Part shown: piece after piece, positions 39,730 through 52,846 of the stretch
Numbering within the stretch: position 1 is the stretch's first letter
Layout of the letters: each line of letters opens with the position of its first letter
From: Octopus sinensis
Taxonomy: Eukaryota
Reading direction: 5' to 3'
NCBI RefSeq assembly: GCF_006345805.1
Contig: NC_042997.1
Span: 123,008,001-123,072,000 of the forward strand
DNA length: 64,000 nucleotides
The notes under the pieces: model-generated
Seen by the model: the letters and a program-made list of their open reading frames with translations, nothing else
Told to the model about the DNA's origin: nothing
The model's database searches: none
Translations under genes and position numbers: made by a program

Positions 39730-39745
39730 TAGTAGTAGTAGAAGT
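39491..39745. repeat. Compound trinucleotide array (CAT)n-(TAT)n-(TGT)n-(CAG)n-(TAG)n
   Basis: Direct reading. Confidence 0.97.
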
Positions 39746-40269
39746 AGTCAATGAAATTATTATAATATTATTATACTTATTCATTCTTCCGATAATCGTC
39801 ACACCTTCGTTTTTTAGAATACATTTCCTTATTGCGTCCTCTCTTCTGCTTTTCTAACTTTTAGAGAATCAAATAATAGACTCTCTCTCAGAAAAAAACG
39901 GCATTTAATGCTGGTTTTCATCGCATCTATGAAAGCATGAAAATGGGTTTTATTTCGTTTACGATTTGCAAATCACCGATACCTATCTCCATGCTTCATA
40001 TTTACTGCATGGAAAGCAAAATTTAAAGAAGGTTTCTGTTTTCATATATTTGTTTTATCCCTTTCAATAGTTAACGTGATCAATGAGCGCTTTGATTCCT
40101 ATTATCTATAAAGTTTCTTTTGATTCATCGATTTTCCTGAATATTATAAAAATCTTCCTTGATATGTAGCAATTCCAGTCTTTGTTGAAAAATGATACTA
40201 TTCCAAATCGTTGCATATTCAGATTGATAGGCATATTCCTTAAAAACACACTCATGTATGAGTATCTAG

Positions 40270-40350
40270 ATATATCCATATATGTATGGATGAATATATG
40301 TATGGATATATGTATGCATGAATATATATGTGTATGTGTATATATATATA

Positions 40351-40396
<46 letters not shown>

Positions 40397-40439
40397 TATG
40401 TGTGTATATTATATATATAAATATATACTTATATATATG

Positions 40440-40471
<32 letters not shown>

Positions 40472-40542
40472 CATACATATATAATATATATGTAAATAAA
40501 TATGTGTATGTGTATGTATATATGTATATATGTATATATATA

Positions 40543-40577
<35 letters not shown>

Positions 40578-40690
40578 TTATATATATGGATGCATGTGTA
40601 TCTAGTTATATATGTGTGTTAATGTCTATATATACAGACATATATAAGTATACATATGTGTGTATGTATGTATGTTTGTATATATGTATG
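40270..40690. repeat. Interrupted (TA)/(TG) microsatellite region
   Basis: Direct reading. Confidence 0.95.
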
Positions 40691-42217
40691 GGTCTATGTA
40701 TATGTGGAGTGTACGTAGGGTTGATATGGTTGAAAGTTTCGATAAGAGATCCGCTCCGTATGTTACGTTTAAACGACTGCACAAAGATACACTCATAAGT
40801 CAAAATTATGGTGATTTATCGCTCTACAATCTTGGCAAATACTATGAGTAATATGTGATATAGGAATGTTATTAACCATCAATATTCTACAATCTGGCAG
40901 CTAATATGCTACAGGATGTGAATTGAATTAAGATATACAGTAAATCTCTAAGTCTAAGTGGACTCCTTCAATACTAATATATTTTGATAATAAAACATTA
41001 GAAAAATGCGCAGCTTAAGAGAATCGATTCTGTATAAAGCTACAATTGAAGTACTTCCAGATTAATCAAATACATACCCTGGAAAATATATAACACAAAG
41101 TATGATCTGTCTTCTGTTACCGCCTCTCATTAAAAACTAACATGAAATATCACGTGACTAAACATTCCTAAACTCTTGTTCAGTGAAAACAGATTATTTT
41201 CGTATATAGCACTAAATTTACGGGTAATTTCTCTTCTAGTACTGGCTACTAATTTATATAAGTACAATTTCAACTGCACAAAATATACCGACCGTCGACA
41301 TATTCTGAGATTGCTTCATGAGTCACTGAAATTCCACCCAGTAATTTAGAAAGTAATGGAAACCAAACTTACTAGCTGATTCAACACATGATACATCTAC
41401 AGTATATTGTTATGTTCTTCAGTTTACAAACAACCTAAAGGAGAATTTAATCAGGTACTTTCTGGTTATCTCACACCCATTAAAACATTGCCATTAACAA
41501 ATTGGTTTATGTCCTCACTAAAAAGTTAAGTTTATGTGACAACAGTGATTGGATTAAACGGGTTAGATCCATTTGCTTCAATAATCAACACATTGTTGAC
41601 GTTTGGCCTCCTCAATAGACAAGGTATGATTTATTATAGAAATGCTATCAGATTCTTTCAGCTTTCATGTTTAATCTTTTCAGTTGTCTATGATTCGTTT
41701 TAAAAATATTATCAGATTCAATAAGATGATCTATCTTTTCACTGTTCATGTTGATTTTTAATTTTTTTTTCTTATTGAAGTTTAAACAATTTATTTAGTT
41801 GAAGGAGACGTCCAAAGCTGCTGGTATTTCTTGAAAAACTGGGAAGATAATGCAATTTTTTAATGGGAGTGAGATAATCAACAACTACCTTTAATCATCG
41901 AGGGAGATGATTTCCGATAATGTTCGGGTAACTGTAAGAAAAATTACGCAAAGCAATGTAACTTTATATATTTAAGCAAGTGTGAAGTTGCAATATAACA
42001 TTTCTATACAACTACATACAAGCAGTCGAAGAAGTCTGTTTGCTTAATTCTATGGCAAAGTAGTATAAACTATCGCAAATACACGCACACACACATATCT
42101 CTCGAAACCACAATTTTAAGATCATGACTCCCACACGTGCCTCCACACAAAGACACACACTCATATATGTACATATATACATATATATGCACATGTATAC
42201 ATACATGCATATGTATG

Positions 42218-42277
<60 letters not shown>

Positions 42278-42620
42278 TGTGTGTCTATTCTCCCCTTCGC
42301 CGTTTGCTAACTGTCTTTTCTCTTTCTCTCTCTCTCTCTCTCTCTCATTACTCATATGTGACCATCGTCAATCTTTCTTTTCCACACTTGACCATCTTTC
42401 ATTTCCCTAAGGACTGTCCTAAGGACTTACGTATTCTATCTTTCTCTTCTAGCTTTTCTCTTTTCATAGAAAGTATTTCTCCAGCGTTCGCTATTTTACC
42501 CTCGTTCTGGTCTAACAACCCTGCTTGCTTCTTTCGTTCGGTTTCCTTCTATGTCTCCACTGTCCTGCATTTGTTCCCAAATTTGAACCTCCAGAATACA
42601 AAATTATAATTTGGTACTTA

Positions 42621-42803
42621 TTGGAGCAACTGTCTTCGAAGACTCTTGTTATCGTTCAATGCACAAAATGAGGGGTTCATAGACAGTCAACAACTGATGA
42701 AGGGTCGTTCTTCGTTTTACTTGTGCTTACCATTCGTTGTTTGCGTATTGCACTAATTTGTTTTCGTATTTCATGTTGTTTACTCTTGGTGACGTCCTGT
42801 ACC
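42621..42803 (+). mobile_element. Dispersed repeat related to the 52847-53251 inverted element (possible Penelope-type terminal repeat)
   Basis: TTGGAGCAACTGTCTTCGAAGAC is the reverse complement of 53006-53028. GACAGTCAACAACTGATGAAGGGTCGTTC..GGTGACGTCCTGTAC aligns with the arm 53092-53251. The Penelope assignment is inference. Confidence 0.6.
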
Positions 42804-42811
42804 TATATATA

Positions 42812-42849
<38 letters not shown>

Positions 42850-42920
42850 TATATATAATATATATATATATATATTGATAAAACGGTAAGATAACAAAAG
42901 AGTAATGTAACATATTGTAT

Positions 42921-42951
<31 letters not shown>

Positions 42952-42953
<2 letters not shown>

Positions 42954-43320
42954 CGCAGGAGTGGCCGTGTAGTATGTAGCTTGCTAACCAACCACATCAT
43001 ACCGGGTTCAGTCTCACTGCGAGGCACCTTGGTGAAGTGTCTTCTATTATAACCTCGGGCCGACCAAATCCTTGATAGTGGATTTGGTTGACAGAAAATG
43101 AAAGAAGGCTGTCGTATATATGTATATGTGTGTATATGTGTGTGTATTTTTGTGTCTTTGTTTGCCCCCTCATCCTCCCAAACATCAATTGACAACCGTG
43201 TGATTAGGTCCCCGTAACTTAGCGGTTCAGCAAAATAGACCTATAGAATAAGTACTGGGGTCGATTTCCTTGTATAAAGGCGGTGCTTCATCATGACCGC
43301 AGTCCAAAACCAAGAAACAG
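42952..43320 (+). mobile_element. Near full-length SINE with internal (TA/TG)n
   Basis: Head GGCGCAGGAGTGGCCGTGTAG, B-box-like CGGGTTCAGTC, and a 3' domain matching the reverse complements of 61805-62213 and 3215-3345. Confidence 0.88.
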
Positions 43321-46300
43321 TGCTGCCAAATAAACCCTCTTCTACTGTCTATGGTAGAGTTGTATATGTAAAACACTCTGCGGGTAAGTCCGAAACTGAC
43401 ACTTGATATACTTACGTACACAATCACATAAATCTGTGTATGTAAACATATGCATATACATATTTAACTGAGTGTGTGTGTGTTTGTGTGTGTGTGTGTT
43501 TGTGTGAATGTTTGTGTGAGTGTGTGTGCTTGTGTGCTTGTGTGCATATGTATGCATATAGATACAGGCACAGGCTATAATATTATTTCGTAGATGTGTG
43601 TTTGTACATGCGCGTATAATGAAAGTCGGTACTATAATAGACACGTCAATAGCTTGTTAATGAGTTGCAAAGTTAAAGTGACTTTTGATTGCCACCGATA
43701 CTTTCCCTCTTTATGAAAACCGTCACATTATCAGTCCTCACAGCTGAATTCAATCCTGAATCAACTCTCTGGCATTTTGTACAAACCCGTGTTTCTTTTG
43801 GCCATTTACAGAAACGTAGCATTTATTATATGTTTGTATTATAATTTATTATTAACCTTCTTTTCTTCATGCATCATTCACTACCTAACACGATCAGGCC
43901 TAGAAACATAAACTCAGTTACAGATTCAGGATTTGAAAGGGTTATTGTTAACTATGGTGTTCCTCATTCTTTCTTCTTTCAGTTTTCAAAGCTTAATGTG
44001 ATATTCTTCACATGCAAGGACATATTGAGTGTATTGTTCACCATGAAGCAACATCGACCGGCTTTATTTTCCAACTTTGCACATGAATATTAACTTTTAT
44101 TTTCAGATCAAATGTAGGAAGGTTTTGTATTTGATATTCCGTTAGTGCAAAATTTAATTTTCCAGATTATAATGCTCTACAGACACTCTGGCATTCTCTT
44201 TCGCTTCCTATATTGCTTCAGAACATTGTGATGATTGGAATTGCACAAAACTTTTCCGTGAATTCCGAATTCTATTTGCAATTTCTTCACCTGTATTTGC
44301 ATTTTGCTTTAGCATACTGCTAATATATTTCAAGGAAAGCATGGTGGTGTATCAATGTTCTTCTGTATAACTTTACTTTTGAAATGCACACGAAATTTTC
44401 CAGACAAAATCTAATAAAGAATAACAGGTTTATCAAAATTATTTTGAAGACTAACACGTTTGCATACATGGAACCGTATACACATAAATTTGAATATGAT
44501 ATCATTTCATTCGACGTTCATAAATTAAATTATTATCGCATCCGAAGAAATTGTTATATTATTATTATTTTAATCACATGCTTCCAAGAACTCTCCGAAA
44601 ACCGGTAATATTATTCGTCTACTCCTTATCAATTTTGATGAAACTTGAGACCTGAGTATAACTCATATCTCGAAAGCTCATGGCATACTCAGATTGTTGA
44701 AAAAATAAACAATGGGGCCTCTGGAAGGGATCCTTATATATATCTAATATATTTTATTTTAAAAACCAAGATAAATACCCATTCGCCCCTGGAAGGGAAC
44801 TTTATATATGGCCAATGGAAATAACTAATTCATTTTCCAAAATTATTTAGTAAAAGGGAAATTGATTACACTTATTTCTTAGTATTTGAACTGTTAGAGT
44901 TATTTTCGCAACTTGTCCAGTACAAACCTTAAACAAGTGAATAGTAGTTTGCTAAACACTCGATCCACTTATTTAGATTAGTGACTTATTCCCGAATATA
45001 CCAACAGTAGCGCCCCTGAGGGTAATATTCTCTGGGAACGCATAAAAATTCCATTTCAGAGTGATTTACTTTGAATTGTTATTATCTCATATCCGATTAG
45101 CGTGTTATTAGGTAACATGTTTCACGATTTTAGTATACAAAGCTTATTAGTAACATGTGAACATATTAAAGCCCTTTTCGGGGCTATTTTATTTGAATGC
45201 TTACTATCGAGTAACTAAGTTCACGTTAATAAATAACTGACTGCACAATTTGAGTATTCATAACTTATTGGGTAATTCACAAAAATCTGATCCTGTGTAA
45301 AGCAGTTCGATATTCTTTGTAAATGCATAAAAACCGTTTTAAGGGCTACATACTTTGTATTATTGTTATTGGATTAGCGAAAGAATTATGAAAACGGAAC
45401 CAATGGATAAGCCCCGCTTTTCCAGGAATTTACGGGGACGTCAATTAGTGTTTCATACTTCCTTCTCAATCTTTGAATTTTACATTAGTCTGTTACACAA
45501 GGAAAATAGCACGGCCAATAAACTTTCAATATACACTTATGCTTTTAAGTTCCTTTTCAGATGTAAATATCTTTTATGTAATTATTATTATAATTTAATC
45601 AAAACTTGCTACCAATCAATACGTAGCTATTAATCCTTATGTCGAAATTTACATCGACATTTTGAAAGTTTAATTCAAGTTTCTACATTGGTTTCAAATG
45701 TTCGCACAAGGCCAACAAGTATATTGATCGGTTACGTCGCCCTATTGCTCAACTGGTACATGTTTTATCAACACCAACATGATGATAGGCTAAGTTCACC
45801 CTGGTGGCATTGGAACTCAAAACGTAAAGAGCGACGAAATGCAGCTTGCCACATTGCCGTGCATATGAATGATTGTTCCAGCTCATCGCCTTAATGCGAT
45901 GTAGCATATATTTCCTTGTCCCTCTTTTTGTGCATAACCTCCAAATCAAATCATTTTATGTAGGCACATTGTGTCGACCATGAAATTTTTACAAATATTT
46001 AGTTGATAAAATTTAATGATTTAAACACAAAAATTAATTAATATAACATGATAGCAAATATAGCTGATAACAAAGTTATATTTACAAAATACGTTATGTT
46101 ACTATACATTTTTTATTGTAAAGCATATCTATAACTACAGTAAAATCTATCCTTTTTTCTTCTTCCTCCTCCTTTTCTACTTAGGTTAAAGTGTCCTACA
46201 GCGAAATTTTAGTACTATCGGCTAGTATTGAATTTTTTTTTCACTTTCATGAAGCGTCAAATGAAAGTTTATCAAAAAGAAGTTTATCAAGTTATGAAGT

Positions 46301-46911
46301 CTTCCAACCCCACTCCCCCGTTTGAATATCGAGTGGTGCAGGTGAAAGGAGGGGGAAAAGGTAACTCATGTGAGCACCTGAACTCAGTGCACAATAATGT
46401 AAATATGTTGCAAAGAATGAAAGCTTGGGAAATTCGTCCTAACAATGCTTTATTCTGTAGTGATGAGATTTTATCATGACAGGATGACTGATTTACTTTC
46501 GGTTTAACTGTTTTGAAATAAGGCCGTGTTTTTGCAAGCTAGTTTTCGATTATATATCTTCTTTAGAAGTACGAGGTAGCAGGGTTTCCCCCTTTATATT
46601 TCTACTTACTTTTTTTTTAAAGTAACGTAGTTATATTTGTGGTTTTACTAATAGATATTGAATGTAAGATTGGAAGCGAAATATGATGTTCCCAGGTTTA
46701 TATCAAGACACAGTTTTAGGATTTCCACAGATTTTACTTTTCTGTTTATAAGTTATAATCAGTATTCTTCTCCTCAAGAATTTATAAGCTGCAAACATTA
46801 GAATTGTTAACGGCGAATGAAAGGATTTTTAGTGGCAAACTGATGAGTTGTTTTCAATTTCATATTTTTATTTATCATTCAATTTATTTTCTTGCTTCCC
46901 ACTACATTATA

Positions 46912-48865
46912 ATGAGCAAAACAAATGTTGCACCAGCCAAAAATCCGAAAGACTGGCTTAAGATGCCAGCGTTTACTAAGTGGTTGTGTGAAGTACCTAG
47001 TGACCAACCTAGAGCATATTACAGATATTGTAGATGTAATATGTTGGCAAAATACTATCTTTTAGTAAGTCACTGTGAAGCAAAGAAACATAAGGCATCA
47101 ACACCACAACAAAGGATTCCTCTTACCAATTTTATGAAAATCAAAAATCATAAGACGTCTATGCTTGAAGCAAATACAGCAACGTTTATTTGTTGCCACG
47201 CATCATTTAATAGCTGCGATCACTTAATACAGTTATGTAAGAATTATATGTCTGATAGTGATATTATGTTCAAAGTGAAGTTGCATCGTACTAAATATGC
47301 AAATATTGTGAGAAATATTGTAGCTCCATATTTTGAAGGAGATTTGATTTCTGATATAGGAGATAGAAAATTTAGCCTGTTATTAGATGAATCCAATGAT
47401 ATATTTATAAGCAGGTTGTTAGGAATTTTTCTCATATATTACAGTGACACTCACAAAAAAGCGGTACATACATATCTCAGTATGGTATCTTTAGAAACAT
47501 GTGATGCAGTTGTCATTGTAGATGCCTTAAAAATTGAATTAGCGAAAAAGAAATTAGATATAAAAAATTTACTGACTATAAAAACCGACAATGCTAGAGT
47601 AATAATAGGAGACAACAATGGTGTTTTCTAGAAATTAAAATACGTTACATCAGTATTCCAATTTAGATGTGTATGTCATTCTTTACAATTGGCAGTATCC
47701 AACACTTGTGCTGAATGCCTGCCAATAAAATTAGAATTTTTAGTATCCGAAACCTATAAATGGTTCTCTTATTCTTCAACAAGAAGGAATGCCTGCAAAC
47801 AACTTTACTTTGCTATGATAAAGAACCTTTGAAGATTGTGAATTCTTGTACAACTAGGTGGCTGTCAACAGAACCAGCTGTAAATAGAATTTTAAGCCAA
47901 TGGTTTGAATTGCTAGCTCACTTCCAAACTACAACTACAAAAGAAAAATGCTTTACAGCACAAGCATTACATGAAATGTTTTGTGATTCTAGGAATGAAA
48001 TTTATATTTTATTTTTGCATCCAATTTTAAAGCATGTTCAGGAATTGAATAAACTGTCGACAAATCAAAATTAATTGAAGATATTTCAAATCTGTTGCAG
48101 ATATGATAGTGTTGCCAACATGTAGAATGGATCCTCTTCATCCCGATGCCTCTATTGAAAAGGTATTTGATCCTAAACCAAATTTAGGCTACAAGTTCGA
48201 GAGGAAGAGTAGAAATGATTATCAACAAGACTGTAACAGCCACAGAAGAAAATAATATTCGCAAAAGAGCACAACAATTTTTACTCTGCCTTTATAAAGA
48301 GCTCAAGCACCGTTTGCAAGAAAATATTAATATACTGAGGAATGTCTCATGTTTTTCAGTAGAGAAGATTTTGCAACATTCCAAAGAGCCAAGTTTACCT
48401 GCCTTAGAAGCAATGTATTGAAATGAAGAAAAAATTACTTCAATTGAAATACAGTTTAATAGCATTCATTTAGTTAAATGGACAAATACGTCTAATGCTG
48501 ACATATTCTGGCTGGAGGTCTCAGAATATAAAGATGCTACTGGAGGAAATCTTTTTAGAGATGTTGCAGATTTTGCTATTAATCTATTGACATTGCCAAA
48601 CTGAAATACAGAAGTGGAACGGTCGTTCAGTTGTATGGGAGTAATCGAACCAACATTGGAAGCCAAAATGCCTATTCCTATGCTTAGATCAATACTCTCT
48701 ATAAGATATAGCCTGTAAAACTATTGCAAATGTTGCAACAAATTCGATATTCCAAAACACATATTTAACAAGATATGGACCTTGAATGTATACAGAATTC
48801 AAGACATAGGTATTGCAGCTGAAAGTGATCAAATCAGTGAAATTCAAGAAATTATTTCTCGATGA
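46912..48865 (+). mobile_element. hAT-superfamily transposase pseudogene
   Basis: N-terminal BED-like W..C..H..H region, FSLLLDES (first D), DNA..IIG (second D), CVCHSLQLA (CxxH), TRWLS, and C-terminal dimerization motif LLTLPN*NTEVERSFSCMG. In-frame stops (47629, about 48601, about 48716) and frameshifts. TIRs not resolved; TAGCATTTT-type motifs occur at about 48930-48980. Confidence 0.9.
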
Positions 48866-50940
48866 TGAATATAATTAAAGTAAATGAATAAAAATGTAAA
48901 TAAAAACCAAACTTTTTATATAAATATTATTTAGCATTTTATAGCATTTTTAAGTATATTTTCTACTAAAACTTAGCAAAAAAGTGTGATTTTAAGTTGG
49001 CAAAATTGCAAAGGGCTCTATCAAAAGTAATCCATGATTCAGGAAAATAAACAAAACCCGCCAATATTTCTGCCTTGTATTTGTTCAGGTTGAAGATAAC
49101 AAAATGAAATGAATCTCTGTAAACAATTGTCGAGCGTTTTCTACTTTAATCCATTCAGACTGATAACTGCTTAGATAATCTTTCTGACTTTTATCAAATT
49201 AGAAATGAGTTTTGTGCGGTCGCCGGAAGACGACATATTACATTTCATTTTCACAATTATATTCGTGAAATACTGTCAGATTTATACTCCATTTAAAGTA
49301 CTCGATATTTCATTTAGTAATCAGTTTATAGAAAATACATGCTATTACGTGTTGTAATTCGATGCATTTTGAAACATTTGCAGCTGCTCATGAAAACTCC
49401 ATGAACTAGAATACATTAAACTAAGACATATTTATTCAAAGTTACAACACTCGTGAACAGCAAAAATATTATTCCTATTTTCTTTCATTACCAGTGTATC
49501 TAAATACATATCGACTAATATACACTGGCAGTCAGTAATAAAATCGTTGAACCATTTATCTAGTTCGAAAGGGGTGAGACACATATAGGTATCCAATTTT
49601 TTTATGCCATAGCCTTTTGCATATTCTAGCATGTCCTTTTTCCAGAAACATAATTCTAGATACTGAAATCAATTTGAGGTTTGGAAAGCTTCTGTTGGGC
49701 GTCAGACACGAGAACCGAATATGGTTAGGTAGCGATTTGAAACTACCACAAATTTGCATCTAATTATCCTTGCATCATCATAACCTTGTTTGTCTTACCC
49801 GAGACATGAAATTTTATCAGCAACAAATGAAGGGATTTCACAAGAATTATCTCATGTGCATCCTAAATACCAGATGGAATTCTTGTAATAGAGATACAGA
49901 GCTTCAGGAAAGGTAACTGTTTCTGTATATATTTTTGTCATGCCACTTGCCTTGATTAATTATCTGAAGTGAACTATATAAGACTTTGTCCCCGGCAAAG
50001 ATCCCCAGTACAAACACCGAAAAATGTTCATATCATTATATACACTTTGCGTTTTTGTAACATATAAGTTTTCCTTGTATGAAGAGAAACGAACGATAGC
50101 TTCCTGCGGTTTGAGCAATACAGAATTCGGCACCAAATAATGGATTCTAATTGGATTCTAATACCTAAAAGAAGTACGAGTTTGGACCACTGCATACACG
50201 AGTGCCCCAAGAAAAACTTACCAACGCTGGATTTATGATTATCTCACCATTGAACCTTCTATGTTTAAAGACCAATGTATTGAGTAATAATGAAACTCCC
50301 GAGGTACAGCTTTACCTCATGCTCCAGTTGAGTCCTAACTGACCTAGAAATGTAAATATCGATATCCAGCTGCAATAATGCGTTTGCGACTGATAATCCT
50401 TACATTATTAAAATTGCTTTTAAATCGTAATTTAATGTGTACGTGTGTGCGTGTGTGTGTATGTATATACAGAAAAAGACCTTCGATTTCAAGGACATTA
50501 ATGAACATCTAGCATGATCAATATATACAAAATATACATATTGGATTCTTCAGGAATTCCCCTAAATATATAAATCAGATTTAATGAAATCATTTAAGAG
50601 ATACCTAAGAGGTGTTTACAAAACTTGCTTTGCTTGCGATATATATATTAGAAGAAATGGAGTACTAAGAAATCAGGATGATTTTATATTTACATGTATT
50701 AGTATGTTACATGTTTTTATATATCATATGTCATATAATAGCACTTTCGTCCACTCTAGTGGAGTTTTCAAATTGAACTAACTTTTGCAGGAACTTTGAC
50801 TCTTTTCATAGTATTATTGAGTGTGTGGAGAGATATAAGATAGTACAAGAAGGTGAGGAATGGGGAGAAAGTGAGAGTGAGCAGGTGTGTGTGTGTGTTT
50901 GTATCTGAAAGACGTGTATATATCTATCTATTTATCTATC

Positions 50941-50999
<59 letters not shown>

Positions 51000-51030
51000 C
51001 TCAAAATAAGCAACAAGAATGACTCCGGTA

Positions 51031-51120
51031 ATTTGGTACGATCGTTTCGTACTACATCATTTTATTAAATGTTGTAAGTATTACAACAGTTTTAAAATGC
51101 TGAGTACTCATCAGCCAAAT
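51031..51120 (-). ncRNA. Type I hammerhead ribozyme with extended helix II, intact core, predicted GUA cleavage between 51037 and 51036
   Basis: Minus strand ATTTGG-CTGATGA-GTACT..TGTTGTAA(TAC)TTACAACA..AGTAC-GAAA-CGATCG-TA-CCAAAT: 6-bp helix I, G10.1-C11.1 pair, palindromic helix III (ACGATCGT). Confidence 0.88.
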
Positions 51121-51752
51121 ATAGAGGTTTTCCATTAATACAAAAATTTTCATATCAAGAGGCAATACTATCTCACTTCCATTTCTTAATATATAATTAG
51201 TCTAAATATCTTTACAAAATATATTTAACCAAATAGGAAAGAATATACCATACTGGTTTTAGTTTATCACACATAAATGATTAAAAAACTTCATTACAAA
51301 CTTAGAATTAAATTCTCCTTTTTCATAGTGTTCTCCAATATTGTTGCAATGATATGCATATGGTTTGTAAGGTCTCTGCATTCTCTGGGAATATTATTGT
51401 GACCTTTTGACATTGACCTAGTTCTCCTAACGCTGAATCTGTTCATCAAATATTAGTAATTGGCATTTAGTTGTGACAATGGTGTCTCCCACACAAATTC
51501 CTTATATGGAGCTATGACATCTTCTTTATCCCATTTCTATAATTAGAAAATCTTTATTGCCTCCTCTCACTTGTTCTTCATTCTCAGAACCTTAAAGTAG
51601 TTTGGAACAACTGAATCTTAGTCAGTCAGTTAATGAGCTCCACTACCTCAAATGTTCTTAAAATTTAAATCCACATCTTTGTTTATGTATCTACCTTCTC
51701 TATAATATTGCCACTTGATATGAAAATGTTTGTATTAATGGAAAACCTCTAT

Positions 51753-51842
51753 AATTGGCTGATGAGTACTCAGTATTTTAAAACTATTTTAACACTTACA
51801 ACGTTTAATAAAATGATGTAGTACGAAACGATCGTACCAAAT
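51753..51842 (+). ncRNA. Type I hammerhead ribozyme with extended helix II, intact core, predicted GUA cleavage after 51836
   Basis: AATTGG-CTGATGA-GTACT..AGTAC-GAAA-CGATCG-TA-CCAAAT. The core is intact; helix I is 4 bp + mismatch + 1 bp, and the distal helix II is partly decayed. Confidence 0.83.
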
Positions 51843-51970
51843 CACTGGAGTCATTCTTGTTGCTTATTTTGATTATAATTACTCCACGGATATTTATGGA
51901 TAACACCATACAGAATTCTGGTGCATCTAAATTAAATAACATATTCATTTGAATCTAATTTTTTGCTGAA

Positions 51971-52025
<55 letters not shown>

Positions 52026-52846
52026 CAGACAAGAGGTAATTTTTGCCGCTTTTTATGGAGACAAAAGAGTTTATAAGACTGCAAAAAAGAAGTGTTCGAA
52101 TGTAATTGAGACAGAGATAAATACAAAAAATTTTATCAAAGAACAAACATCAACTTCGATTTAACGACATTATACATAACACCATACATAACGAATAATT
52201 TGTTGAGATTCCTGTTCATTCCGATGATGGGGCCATTACCGTGATGCACCTTAACTCGTAATCGAACAGCGGCAGTGAACTCCCGAAATGGCCATTGATT
52301 ACTTTCATTTGATTTTGTGGAAATACCATGGTTTTTATGTAATGAAATTTTTTGACATATAATATATTTTTTTATTTGAGAGGATTAAAAAAATGTTTTT
52401 TTTTAGTCAATTGATATTTTATTTTATTTAGATTTGTAATCGCATGACACGCTTGAAATTTTTTAGTCGATTGTATATACCGTATTGATAGGCCGTTCTA
52501 TATGTCTAGTTTTATTTTGACATATAGTTTTACTTTCTGTGTTTTTTATATATGTATTCTTTATACGTTGAAAGGCCATGGTAATATTTATATACGATCG
52601 AATGTTTGGAGGCGCGGTGTTATATATAAGGTCGTTAGCTCAAATTTGATGTTTATTCTCTGATCAATGGTTATATATATATATAGAGAGAGATAGATAC
52701 ATAGATAGATACATAAATACATACATACACACAGACACACAGACACATGCACATACATACATATATATATATACTTGGAAATGGAAGCGTGGCGCTCAAT
52801 CAAAAAATAATATAAATAATATGTATATAGAGGTTTATATGGGTAG

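Larger units (their letters stand above)
51001..51872. mobile_element. Foldback element, 170-bp terminal inverted repeats each containing a hammerhead ribozyme
   Basis: 51001-51170 and 51703-51872 are reverse complements at roughly 90 percent identity by eye. The spacer of about 530 bp has no recognisable ORF. (TA)n lies to the left. Confidence 0.88.

Noticed and set aside
46480-49010. Terminal inverted repeats for the hAT element (AGTTGGCAAAATTG at about 48995)
   Set aside because: No convincing partner at the left end and no 8-bp TSD seen.
50222-50343. Minus-strand 122-nt segment with strong acceptor and donor
   Set aside because: Stops in all three frames; could only be a non-coding exon and there is no supporting evidence.
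51171-51702. GIY-YIG endonuclease remnant in the spacer of the foldback element
   Set aside because: Only a loose VWET/CVGDT resemblance amid stops; not supportable.
52215-52300. CCGATGA..CCC-GAAA-TGGCCA-TT, hammerhead-like
   Set aside because: U4 is mutated, helix II is out of register and there is no helix I adjacent to the core.
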